Shown: piece by piece, positions 45,801 through 56,271 of the stretch
Numbering within the stretch: the stretch's first letter is position 1
How the letters are laid out: the number at the start of each line of letters is the position of its first letter
Assembly: GCA_043228905.1 (NCBI GenBank)
Contig: JBHGNT010000012.1
Span: 10,726,001 to 10,790,000 of the forward strand
Reading direction: 5' to 3'
Source: Azolla caroliniana
Taxonomy: Eukaryota > Plantae > Polypodiophyta
DNA length: 64,000 nucleotides
Notes under the pieces: model-generated
What the model was told of the DNA's origin: nothing
Database searches by the model: none
What the model saw: the letters and a program-made list of their open reading frames with translations, nothing else
Translations under genes and position numbers: made by a program

Positions 45801-46430
45801 CCGATGATGAGGAAGTGTGTTGGCTTGTACTTTATCGAACACATCAGCATACTGACGATACTTCTCGGGAAGTTGAACGGTGGACTCCTCTTTGGTGGTG
45901 CTGGAGGGTTGTACTGATATTGCAAAGAGAAACATTTCCTCCTTGCGCCCTTCCTCACGCAACTGGCGTAGCGAAATGGTTGCAACCTTCTGGGTAGATC
46001 CTTGGGTTTGTCGCAACCGGATTTCCCTTGTCCTCCAATCTATGTCTGGGTCATGTAACTCGAACCATGGTAATCCTAAAACTATGGGATGTTCTGGAAT
46101 ACTAATAATATTAAATGATACTACACATGTTAAGTTATCTAGGACAATATTAACGGGTTCCGACTCTTCTATGATATTACCAGAAGCAATGGGACGACCA
46201 TCAATGACTACTACTGAGGCTGGACATGGGAGCTTTCTGAGAGATATCTGATGAGCTCGGGCAAAATTCCTATCCATGAAGCAAGAATTAGCTCCGGAAT
46301 CTAGAAGGGCTAAGGTATGTACTGGAGGGGTACTTTTAGTACTAACTGCTACTTGGACTACGAACACATCACTAACTTGCTTAGAGGGAATGGAACCACT
46401 AATGGGCTGCACAGATCTAGGGCTGTCCAA
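42873..46430 (-). CDS. Chromovirus Pol PR-RT-RH-INT-chromodomain (H)
   Basis: LLDSGA, IYLDDLLV, ISDRGPQF, GPF, chromodomain YEVAAILDS..TWEP. Confidence 0.95.
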   Translation of the reverse strand: MDSPRSVQPISGSIPSKQVSDVFVVQVAVSTKSTPPVHTLALLDSGANSCFMDRNFARAHQISLRKLPCPASVVVIDGRPIASGNIIEESEPVNIVLDNLTCVVSFNIISIPEHPIVLGLPWFELHDPDIDWRTREIRLRQTQGSTQKVATISLRQLREEGRKEEMFLFAISVQPSSTTKEESTVQLPEKYRQYADVFDKVQANTLPHHRPYDCAIDLQPGKEPPWGPIYNLSPTELEVLRAYIEENLENGFIRHSKSPAGAPIFFVKKKDGSLRLVVDYRGLNKVTVRNRYALPLISSLLERINGARFFTKIDLRGAYNLVRIRPGDEWKTAFRTRYGHFEYTVMPFGLTNAPAVFQHMANDIFRDLLDDFLIIYLDDLLVYSKTQEEHDSHVLLVLKRLREHGLYAKLEKCSFGCNQVEFLGYVISSEGISMDPAKVKTVIEWHTPRSVRDVQCFLGFANFYRKFIQNYSKIVLPLTQLTRKGQSFIWSKETDMAFESLKKAFTSAPILGHVDPEKPFIIEADASDFALGSILSQQGNDEKLHPVAFHSRKFDAAEINYEIHDKELLAIVDSFMQWRHFLEGSPHQVTVFSDHKNLAYFQDARVLNRRQARWAHFLTRFDFKITYRPGKHQGKADALSRRSYLTPRPGEPAFDNQKQVILGPARLQAAQIFDMPVDSDITNTIREDLKTDAFAQAILAQIDPSRASCSQSQSPGTDYRQFKYCDGLLFFKELLYVPNGSCRLRVVQNCHDTYTAGHFGSTKTLDLVQRSFWWPRMRQFVEDFVRTCDTCCRAKMPRHHPYGLLEPLPIPSKPWQSIALDFITDLPVSKGFSAILTVVDRYTKMAHFLPCTKEISSEDTAEIVMREVCRHHGLPDNIISDRGPQFVSKFWKHLFKMLKVTCNLSSGYHPQTDGQAERTNQTLEQYLRCFLNYHQNDWADILQFAEFAYNNAIHASTKVTPFYAYTGYHPRWCVLETPEVSTNPCAEDRLERLRKIQADLSTQLQQAQQSHKDYADRHRLPSSFNIGDRVWLLRRHIKTTRPCEKLDYRRLGPFRIIGKINDVAFRLELPPQLRIHPVFHSSLLEPYHESTIPGRTIQPPPPIELEDGPEYEVAAILDSKIVRNKLYYLVDWLGYSPSERTWEPIENVTNAHALLEDFHRRYPEKPGPQSKTTRETRRFKGGIVS

Positions 46431-46456
46431 CCAAACGGCTCCTATTTTGGCTGGAC

Positions 46457-47626
46457 TTAGTCGTTTAACTCTTCTTCTAATTGGCTAAGGACATCAAATT
46501 TGTTTGCGAGATTCGGACTATTAGTACTATTAGGACTATTATGACTATGAGGATTATCAGAGATTCCTACTGACATAGACTCGGGTTTAGTATAGTCAGA
46601 ACTAACAATGACTTGGTTTACCTGCCTTCTTGGTCTATGGGGACAGTTTATCGCGATATGCCCTGGTCCACCGCAATAAAGGCATAATCGGTTTGTTCGG
46701 CGTCGTTGCTTTTCCTCCTCCGATAGCGGCCCACGACGACGTGTAGTGTCAATTTCCATTGGAGTTGGAGTACTTACTGGAGGCGCATTATGTGACTCCC
46801 TTTGAAAAGGTTTCGCTACCACTGAGGCATAGGTAGGCTCGGATCTTGCCCTCGGCATCTGAAATTGTCGTTCCGAACGTCGCTCGAAGAGGCGGTTGTC
46901 ACATCTGACCGCTCGACTGATTGCTTCTGTTAATGATTTTGGCTCTTCAGGGAAAGTCAAGAGTAAATCCTTGACATCGTTGCGTAGACCATAGCGGAAC
47001 TGCTCCATCAATGCTTGATCATCCCAGGGGATATCGGCGGCGAGTAGGCGGAAATCTGCAGCATATGCGGAGGCTGGACGGTCACCTTGGCGTAATCGCC
47101 GGATTTTGTTGATTGCAGTCCTTATGCTGTCAGTATCTCCAAAACATGCTTTAAACTCACTTATGAATTCTTCAAAATTATTTAGTACTGGAGATTCCTT
47201 TTCTAGTAGCGGAGCGAACCATGCTAATGCTGAGCCATTTAACAACGTGCCTACTAAACCCACTCGTGATGCATCGGTGGGATATCGGGACGGATGCATT
47301 TGAATAACTAACCGTACCTGGTTAAGAAACCCTCTAAACTGCGATCGCGTTCCATCGAACTTCGTGGGAAGGCCAATCTTGGGTTCTTTATGAATCCCTT
47401 GTGCTCCGTGCCCTTGTTGTTGCATTGCTACGATGGTTGCTTCGAGTTGTTGCACGCGTAACGCAAGTTCCCCATGCTGTTGTTGCGTTTGCTGCTTTTC
47501 TAAGGAAATTTGCTGAAGATCCCCCAACAAGCGTTGATTTTCTTGTTCCAAAGCATGAAACTTCTCTTTCAAGCATTGAAATTCCGAGAAAACAGATTGA
47601 TACTCTTCAGCGCTAACGGTGGCCAT
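46457..47626 (-). CDS. Chromovirus Gag (H)
   Basis: Close homologue of 22519-23646; CLYCGGPGHIAINC. Confidence 0.93.
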   Translation of the reverse strand: MATVSAEEYQSVFSEFQCLKEKFHALEQENQRLLGDLQQISLEKQQTQQQHGELALRVQQLEATIVAMQQQGHGAQGIHKEPKIGLPTKFDGTRSQFRGFLNQVRLVIQMHPSRYPTDASRVGLVGTLLNGSALAWFAPLLEKESPVLNNFEEFISEFKACFGDTDSIRTAINKIRRLRQGDRPASAYAADFRLLAADIPWDDQALMEQFRYGLRNDVKDLLLTFPEEPKSLTEAISRAVRCDNRLFERRSERQFQMPRARSEPTYASVVAKPFQRESHNAPPVSTPTPMEIDTTRRRGPLSEEEKQRRRTNRLCLYCGGPGHIAINCPHRPRRQVNQVIVSSDYTKPESMSVGISDNPHSHNSPNSTNSPNLANKFDVLSQLEEELND

Positions 47627-49218
47627 GGGATGAAGGAAAAGGGAAATAAGAGACTAGTAGGAAAGGAGAGAGACAGAAGGAAGAGGGAGACTAGTAGGGC
47701 AAATCGGTTCAAACTGTCAGGAACTCTATTAAGGCAGAGAAGGAATTAGTACTAAAAGAAGGATTAGTACTATTGTTGGGGAATAGTACTAAGACAGAGA
47801 AGGATTAGTACTATGAGAGGTGTCGAACTTTGAGAGAAGGAATGAGTGAGTGAGAGAGAGAGAGAGAGAGAGAGAATGATGATGCGAAAGATATATGTAT
47901 TATATGACGGAAGATATACAACAGTAGTTAGAAGGCTTAAGACTGGCGTTGAACCGATTTGGTTCGAACTAATGCCTTGCGCCTCCTTTTATAGTGTCTT
48001 CAGGAATACTCCTGAAGTTTCTAGAATGTTCCAGAGAAATCTGGAATATACATCAATTTCCTAATAAAACCTAAATGAAAATAATATCCTTCAAATTTCA
48101 ACTCATAACCTAATGGTAAAGTCTCGACCCGTGTAACAAAAGGTTATGGGTTCGAGTCTAGTTATGACACCTTGGAGGCCAACAGTTGTTGCCGTTTCGA
48201 AGCAGGTTTCGAGGTGCCGTCCGTTGCTCTTCCCCGCTTCTTGGTTTGGATGGGCTCGACCGGTGGCGCCAACAGGGTGAGCCATTGTGTCACCGCATGC
48301 CATATTTTCCGGCCTTCCTTTCCGTCCTTTCCCCTTACTATATCAATGGCCGTACACAGCCCGTCGGCGATCAGCACCGGCCAATCTACCTTGACCCCTT
48401 TGTACGTTGCGATGATCAAGCCTGCTCGGTTCTGAGGCATGACGGGGGGTCGAGGGTACACGTGGCCGAACTCGTGGAGCACACGGGAAATTTCCCAGAA
48501 TAGCGTATCTTCGCCGCCCTGTGTCCTATAGCCCTTGCTGGCTAGAGAGTACTCACTGAAATATTTGATGAGTTGCTCGGGGGTAGGATTGTCGATCGTG
48601 TAGATACCTCCCTCCGGAAGGCCTATTAACGCACGGATCGCCTCCTCTGTGATCACCTCCGTGTCGATTTCTTTTATAATCTTCTCCGCCTCCTTTTGTG
48701 GCGTCGCCTCCATGATCGTTAGGAAACCCTCTAGACCATGCTGTTGTAACCATTTCTTGGCGGCTTCAGACAGCGTTTGGCAGTCCATCTCTCCGTCGAG
48801 GTCGAAGAGCGTTGGAGAGGTGTGATGGTGGGGAGAATGTGAGAGAGAAAGTTCTGAGGGAGGGGGTTCTCTGTGTGCGAGCTCTCTACGATTTATCTTC
48901 ATGCGTCGCTCTGCGTCTGTTCTCCTTGGTTCGCGATAGGAGAAGGTCTCAATGCGTGGGGGTTTTTCTCTCTGCATCTTGGCGCCTTTTTCGAGCCTCT
49001 GCATGTGCAGGTCGTGTACTATAATAGCATTGCGTGCCATGTGGCGGTGGTTTAATGTCCTATTCATAGCTCCTCGTACCTTTTCGACGTGCCTCTTTAC
49101 TCCTCGTGTGCATGGCCGTTTCCACCACTCCTTTCCATGATTTATTTGATTCGCTCCTTTCTTTTTTCTTTTTTCTTTTTTCTTTTTTTCTTTTTTTTTT
49201 TGAAACTTACTTGTGTGG

Positions 49219-52200
49219 TTAGTTTTTCTCCGGTCCTTTCGGACCCTTGCCCGAAGCGTGCAACTTCCCGGCCTCTTGACGGTTTGTCGTCGTTCTGCTC
49301 TCCTCGGTTGCCGGCTCATGCTCCTCCTTACTGGCTTGGTGGTAGCCGTCGTCTTCACCGGTTGCCGTTATGGTTGGCCTGCTGGCGTCGGATTCAGTGG
49401 CGGCCCTTCGTTCAAATGGGTTCGTAGACATAGGTCCTTTGTATGGTTTTAATCTAAATCCGTTGACCCATTTGCCCAGCACTTCTCCGGCAAGTGTCCC
49501 CAACTGGTAGGACCCATTGAACTCGCATGTGATCCAGTACGGTCCGGTCCATCTAAATCGTAGTTTACCTGGCATTTTGCCCATCCGGGTCTGAAACACG
49601 AGTACCGGCTTGTCGGTCCCGAACATCTTCTCGTTTCCCTTCCAGTGCCGATCTACAAAAGCTTTCCGTCTCCGTTGTTCCAATTCCAGGTGCATCATGC
49701 TCGCCAGTCGGTGTTCTTCCAGTTCGCACAGAGCCTTTAACCGAATTGCCTCTGATTCCTTTTCGCTCAATCGTTCCCGAATCTGAATCCGTAAGCTTAG
49801 TACCTGGAACTCGACCGACATGACTACCTCCAATCCGAATGCTAACCGGAACGGTGTTGTCCGGATGCTTGTTTTGTACGTTGTCCAGTAAGCCCAGAGC
49901 GCACTGTGCAGCTTTCTGTTCCAATTTGTCCGATTTTCATTCACAATCTTCCAGAGCATATTCTGGAGCGTTTTGTTCGTCGACTCAGCTAACCCATTTG
50001 CTTGCGGATAGTACGGTGTTGTAGTGTATTCCACACACTACGTGAAAACCATAAAATAATATATCCGATTTTAGATACATATAAATAAATAAATAAATAA
50101 TAAACCACTGTGTCATGCCCTTCGGCTCCGGATCGTTGCGTGAGTCGGGTGGGAACCGCCGAGGTTTTTGACTAGGAGGAAGAGGAATACAACTTAAGGC
50201 TAGTTATGAATAATAGGAAGAGAAGTAAGATAGCAATCTCGTGAATCCCACGAGTTTAGTGTATTTTAAAAGAATATTTAAATTATAAGAGTAATTTTGA
50301 TGGCAAAATTCGTGAATCCCACGAATATCTTAGATTGATCAATCCTTGTATATTAATCAACAACCTTATACATATTTCTCTCCTCCTTATATAAAGATCG
50401 AAGAGGCTAAGCATGGCTTCATGCTTTTTCACCGAAAGTGTCCATGCACACTAAATGTGCATGTGATGCTTTGTCATTTCCTAAATATAGGGCTCATGCA
50501 CGCTAGATGTGCATGAGTCACTTTTAATGTCACGTGTAAATAAAATATTCACACTCTAAAGAATACACGATTTTTACCTTTTAATAAAGGTATGTGTAAA
50601 TAAAGGTCTTATACGTATTAAATCTATATTTAAAACACTAAAGATAAGTTATTACAATGGTAAAGTTGGGGTTTATCTATGTGGAGGTGCATGGTTTGAA
50701 TCCTGCCCTATGCACGTGATGAATTCTTTTTGATATATTATTTATTTATTTATATGTATCTAAAATCGGATATATTATTTTATGGTTTTCACGTAGTGTG
50801 CAGAATACACTACGACAACGGTGTCCTTCATTTATGTACTACCGCATAGAACGTCGTCAAAATTTCTACCACCTGCCCAAGAAAGTGCCCTCCTTGGTCG
50901 CTTATCAACTCTATGGGGCATCCGTACCGGCACCAAATGCATTCGTATAAGAATTTCGCCGTTGACACCGCGGTGTTGTCTCGTAGGGCTTTCGCTTCCA
51001 CCCACTTAGTGCAGTAATCCGTCACGACGATCACGTACCGGTTGCCGGTTCTCATTGCCGGTGGTTTAAATGGCCCGACGAAATCCAGCCCCCATTTCTG
51101 GAATGGTTCTAGTGGTAGGACTGGCTGGTGTGGCATCCGAGCTTGTTCCATTGGCTGACCCATTCGTTGGCATAGATCCCACTCCTTTGCATACCGGACT
51201 GCATCTTTCAATGTGGTCGGCCACCATAGGCCACTTTGCCATACTTTCCTTGCCGTCGCATCTCCGGCATAATGGCCTCCGGCGACTCCGCAGTGTGCCT
51301 CCCGTAGTATTACCTCCTTCTCGTCGCTGCGCACCGCTCGTCGCCAGATACCGTCCGCACCTTTGTTGTATAGCATGTCCTGTAATAAACAGAAGTGTCG
51401 GCTCTGTACCGCAAGGCGTTTTCTCTCATCCCGGTTCATCTCCTCCAGAGGCAATCCGGTACTCAGAAACTGATGCATATTAGTTAGCCACTTATCTTCT
51501 TGTGCCACCGTTTCATCTGTTGCCGTTTCCGTGGTGACTCGAAAAAGCTCTGCATCCGGAAACTCGTCCGGTACTCCGTCACCTGTCTCCCTGGAATCTA
51601 ATCGGCTTAGATAATCTGCTACCACATGCTGTATGCCGGGTCGGTGGAATATCTCGAATTAGAACTCTTGCAACAACAAAGTCCACCGGGCCAACTTACT
51701 GGTAAGTGACGCTTTGGATACTAGGTAGAGGAGTGCCGAATGATCTACATGGAAGGAGAACTTTCTTCCCAATAAATAATGCCTGAATTTGGTTACACTG
51801 TAGATCATTCCTAAAGCTTCCCTTTCCGTGGTAGAATAATTTCGTTCCGCTTGGGATAGCTTCCGGCTGGCATAGTACACTGGCCGGTACCACCTTGGCT
51901 CGGTAAGCTGCATGAGCGTGCTACCGATTGCGATATCGGAAGCGTCCACGAACACATGAAACTCTTTACTCCAATCCGGAGGCTGCACTATCGGTGCTTG
52001 TGACAATAACAACTTTAGTGCCCGGTACGCCTTGTCTTCGATGTCAGTCCATTGGAACGGTGTTCGATGTACTACCGCATGTAGAGGTGTAGCCAGGTCC
52101 GCCAAATATCGGAGCATACGACTATGCCAGCGGATTTGTCCTAGGAAACGGCTCAATGCCGGTGCTTCCCGAATTGCTTTCACTTTGTCCGGATCTACGA

Positions 52201-53004
52201 CAATGCCTTCCTTGCTCACTATATGCCCTAGTAGCGTTCCGCTGGACACTCCAAATACACACTTTGCCGGGTTCAGGCTTAGCCAGTACGCCCTGCACTT
52301 CTCTAGACCTAGTCTGAGATGCTGCAAATGATCTTCTTCTCTGCTATAGACAGCGAAGTCGTCAAGGAACACCTGCATAAAAGCCGGTATGTATTCGCCA
52401 AAGATCTCCATGATGATCCGTTGGAATGTTGTTGGTGCCATTTTCAACCCGAACATCATCACCACCGCAACAAACACTCCCCATTCGGTGATGAAAGCTG
52501 TTTTCTCTTGATCTTCAGGGTGCATCCGGATCTGATTATACCCACTCAATCCGTCTAAGAAACTGTAGACTTCATGGCCGGCGACGGCATCCAAAACTCC
52601 ATCCATACATGGAAGTGGAAATGCATCCGTTACCGTTGACGCATTGAGCTTCCGGTAGTCGACACAAACTCTAATTTTGCCATTCTTTTTCGGTACGATT
52701 ACGATCGGGCTCAGCCATGTAGATTTCTTCATGGGACGGATGAAGCCAACCCTTAGTAATTTGTCGATCTCCTTCTTGACTTTGGCGGCGTAGTTTGGGT
52801 TCATCCGGTACCGACGTTGTGCTACCGGCTTGGCGTCTTTGCTCAGATGTATCTGGTGCTGATACAACTGAGGATTCAGGCCTCTCATATCCTCGTACGA
52901 CCAAGCAAAGACGTCGCGAAACTCGTTGAGGAGTGTAATTATCGCCGTTTTGTTCTCTGCATTCATTTCTTTGGCGATGTGCACCGGTTTTACCTCCTCC
53001 TCCG
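49219..53004 (-). pseudogene. Element B RT-RH-integrase, interrupted at 50017-50817
   Basis: VFLDDF, VDASD, WGLDFVGP, LISDQG, RWTGPY. Confidence 0.92.
50017..50817. mobile_element. 801-bp non-coding element with ~80-bp TIRs (TGT..ACA) and 4-bp TSD ACGG; Ginger-like MITE, or an atypical solo LTR
   Basis: Left tgttgtagtgtattccacacactacgtgaaaacc...; the right end is its reverse complement. ACGG at 50013-16 and 50818-21. The empty site restores H-K-x-R-T-P-Y-Y-P. Confidence 0.85.
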
Positions 53005-56000
53005 TGTTGTAGGTTTTAGAGTTAGGGTTAGGGTTAAGGATGATGATGGTTAACGATGACGAAGATAGACATGGTGAAATAGCAAAGATGATGAAGAGTA
53101 TGATGGTGAGAGAGATCATATAGAGAACAAGACAAGCATTAAGAAGCATTGCGGGGTGGGGGGTGGTGCCTAGAATGGCTCCACCCCCCTCCCAAGGGGG
53201 TTCAACGTTAAGGGGAGGGAAGAGAGAGAGAGAGAGATGAAAAGAGAGATAGATAGAGAGAAATGATTCCTTCATATTTCATTCATTCCCCATAAGGGGT
53301 TAAATAGTACAAGAGGGGGTAGATACATAGGGGTGTAAGCCCCCTTGAGCATTCATACTAGACACTCACTCACACCTCCTCGTATCCATCCACATGCACA
53401 CACGTGTGCATGTGTTCACATACGTATAGACTCACAATTACATTTATGTCCCCTACACATACACAACAACATCATGATAACATTCGACCCTCGCTCATCA
53501 CACTGACACTCCGTACATCTCGTACGGGATAACACAATATGGCACGCCCGTGGGAGAGTGCCTTGCACGTCGATCCCACATGCCTTGATGATGATATTTC
53601 TTCGACCGGAACTTCCATCGGTCCTTTCAACGATCGACTCCCTCGATCGGAGTGCTTGACTCGACCATCTTTGTTGGTCAGCAAATTTTCCGCGACACGA
53701 ACATTCTCATTCTGTCGTCTTACGAACTTTGGTATCCTCTTTCGGGTCCTTAAAAATGTTGTGTGTATGTATGTTATTCTTTGTTGATTTTGTGAGTTGT
53801 CGTGGTCGATCACGTCCATTTCTTTAGGTGGATGAGATTTCAAAATTTCATAGGTGCCCTTTGATTTTTAAAATTTTCTTATATACCCTCAGGTTTTTAC
53901 AATTATGTTTGATACCCTCATGTATCTAGAATTCCAATAGTGCCCTTAGGTTTGTTTTTCGAAATTTCTAGGATGTCCTCAGTTTCCAAAATCCGAGGAT
54001 GCTCCGTATGGTTATCTTTTTCCCTCCCTCTTTTCTGTTTCATCTTCCTCTTTCTTGGTGTTAACCGTTGCTTCTTCTCCTCTTCCTGTCTTTCGTTTCC
54101 TCCTCTCTCTTTCTTCTTCTATCTTTGTTTCTTCCACTTCTTCCTTGTTCTGTTTGGTGTTTTGGGGTAGGGAGGAAACGCAACCTTCACTCTCCCTTTG
54201 CTTGCATGTCATCTCCCTCTACTGCTGTCGTCGTCGTTTCCGTTGGCCGGTTCTGGTTGTCCATCTCTGTCCGGTCCTTCTGCCTGCTGCCGCTTCATCC
54301 GGCCGCTCCGGTGCTGATGTCCGGCTAGTCCGTTCTTCCCGGCTGTTTTTGGTCATTTGTCCGGCCGTCTTCACTCTGGTCGACGATCTGTCGCTGTCCA
54401 TCATTCCGGTCGTTTCCATCATTCGCTTTGGCCGTCATTTGTTTCTGTTGCCTGTCCATTTCAATCATTTTTTGTCCCCAGCTTCGTTGTCGTCTCCATC
54501 TTTATCTCTTTGCCTTGTGGTTTGGCCTCGGCTTTCCGAAGTGTCCGGCCCTTTCCCTCTCTGTCTTGGCCACTGTCCGACCTCGTGCTTTTGTCTGGCC
54601 TGTCCGGTCCGCCTGCCTCGATTCCGATACCATTCGGCCACTCTTTGACTGTTGTGTAGGGTTTCGGGTTGCCATTCGCCGCCACTGTCCGGCCTCTGCC
54701 GTATAGCGTCGTCGTCGTTCGGCCATTTGTCCCGCATTCTGGCCGCCATACCGGTCGCTCTTCCGCCGTGCTTCAACCGCTCCCATACGGTGGCCATCCG
54801 GCCTTCGTTCCTCTGTTGGTTTGTCGTAGTCTGGCACCGTCCGTCGTCTTCTGGTCTGTTCCGGCCGGTTTTCCGGTAGTCAGTTTGAATGTTGTCCGGC
54901 TGCTCCCATATCTGGCCATTTTGGTCGGTTGCCGCTCCGGTCGCAGTTGCTTCTTTTTTTTTTTTTTTCTGCTTTCCCAGTTGATGACGATGACCTAGAG
55001 GGCACATGTGGTCCTGTTTTTGTTGTACTGGTTCTTAGCATTTGTTCTAGTCGTGTTTCTCCTTCGTTGTTCCATTCTTTCTGTCTGTTTGAGTAGTCTC
55101 TTTTCATCGTCTTTGTCTGTCTTTGTCTGGTGCATCCGATCGTCTCTTTCTGGCGTTGTTGGTTTCTTTGGTCGTAGATGTCTGGTCTGCGTTGTTGGTT
55201 TCTTTGTTGGTCAATGTCTGGGTCTTCTTCGACCCTTCAGTGTTAACCGGCTCCGGTTCTGGTTCCGATTCCGGTTCCGACTCTCTCTGTGTTGCTTCTT
55301 TTAGAACCACCTCTCATGCATTCTCAGCACATCCTACCGGTCTCCGCTCCACACACTGCGACTTTCTCCGCAGTCTCCTGGTGGGCTTCTCGTTCCGGTC
55401 GTGCTGGCACCGGTTCCCACTGCATCGCAGTTTGTACAGCCGTGCATCTTGCACCACGCTTTCAAAAACACGCACATTGTCGCTAACCGCATCGGAAACC
55501 CGCACATTGACACTAATCGCAACCTCGCACAACCATTGTTGCCATTCATGCATTCCTCCATCGCATCATCATTTCTTGCACTCGTACACAAACGTCATCG
55601 TTTCCATTTCTTCGCTTGCACATACATTGAACATCGTCGCCGTCATTTGCATGTTTCTGTCATTTCTCGCACATCATGCTGCCACGTTCTCTTCTTGGAC
55701 TTCTTCATCAAAGGGGGTCCGCCGTTGTGGTCGCCAAAAGGTGTTGTAGGTTTTAGAGTTAGGGTTAGGGTTAAGGATGATGATGGTTAACGATGACGAA
55801 GATAGACATGGTGAAATAGCAAAGATGATGAAGAGTATGATGGTGAGAGAGATCATATAGAGAACAAGACAAGCATTAAGAAGCATTGCGGGGTGGGGGG
55901 TGGTGCCTAGAATGGCTCCACCCCCCTCCCAAGGGGGTTCAACGTTAAGGGGAGGGAAGAGAGAGAGAGAGAGATGAAAAGAGAGATAGATAGAGAGAAA

Positions 56001-56271
56001 TGATTCCTTCATATTTCATTCATTCCCCATAAGGGGTTAAATAGTACAAGAGGGGGTAGATACATAGGGGTGTAAGCCCCCTTGAGCATTCATACTAGAC
56101 ACTCACTCACACCTCCTCGTATCCATCCACATGCACACACGTGTGCATGTGTTCACATACGTATAGACTCACAATTACATTTATGTCCCCTACACATACA
56201 CAACAACATCATGATAACATTCGACCCTCGCTCATCACACTGACACTCCGTACATCTCGTACGGGGTAACA
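53005..56271 (-). mobile_element. Element C: non-autonomous LTR element, 530-bp LTRs (53005-53534, 55742-56271), TSD CTCCG/CTCTG
   Basis: Nearly identical LTRs; same PBS as A/B; 2.2-kb interior with no recognisable gag/pol motifs. The empty site restores VNLGTEEEVKP of element B. Confidence 0.92.

Larger units (their letters stand above)
42424..48169 (-). mobile_element. Element H: intact Tcn1-like chromovirus, LTRs 42424-42880 and 47715-48169, TSD CCTTG
   Basis: By eye the LTRs differ only by one GA unit and ~1 substitution; both ORFs are open. Confidence 0.96.
40575..48990 (-). pseudogene. Element B extra ORF (split by element H at 42424-48169)
   Basis: ORFs 48170-48990, 41964-42320, 41275-41847 and 40630-41082 are collinear with the element A extra ORF. 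Confidence 0.8.

Noticed and set aside
53005-53275. Hydrophobic, transmembrane-like N-terminus on the 538-aa RT ORF (51659-53275)
   Set aside because: Read-through from the LTR of element C; the same peptide appears at 55674-56012.
54012-55790. Many overlapping 60-210 aa ORFs inside element C
   Set aside because: Low-complexity, strand-biased sequence with no recognisable domain; likely spurious.
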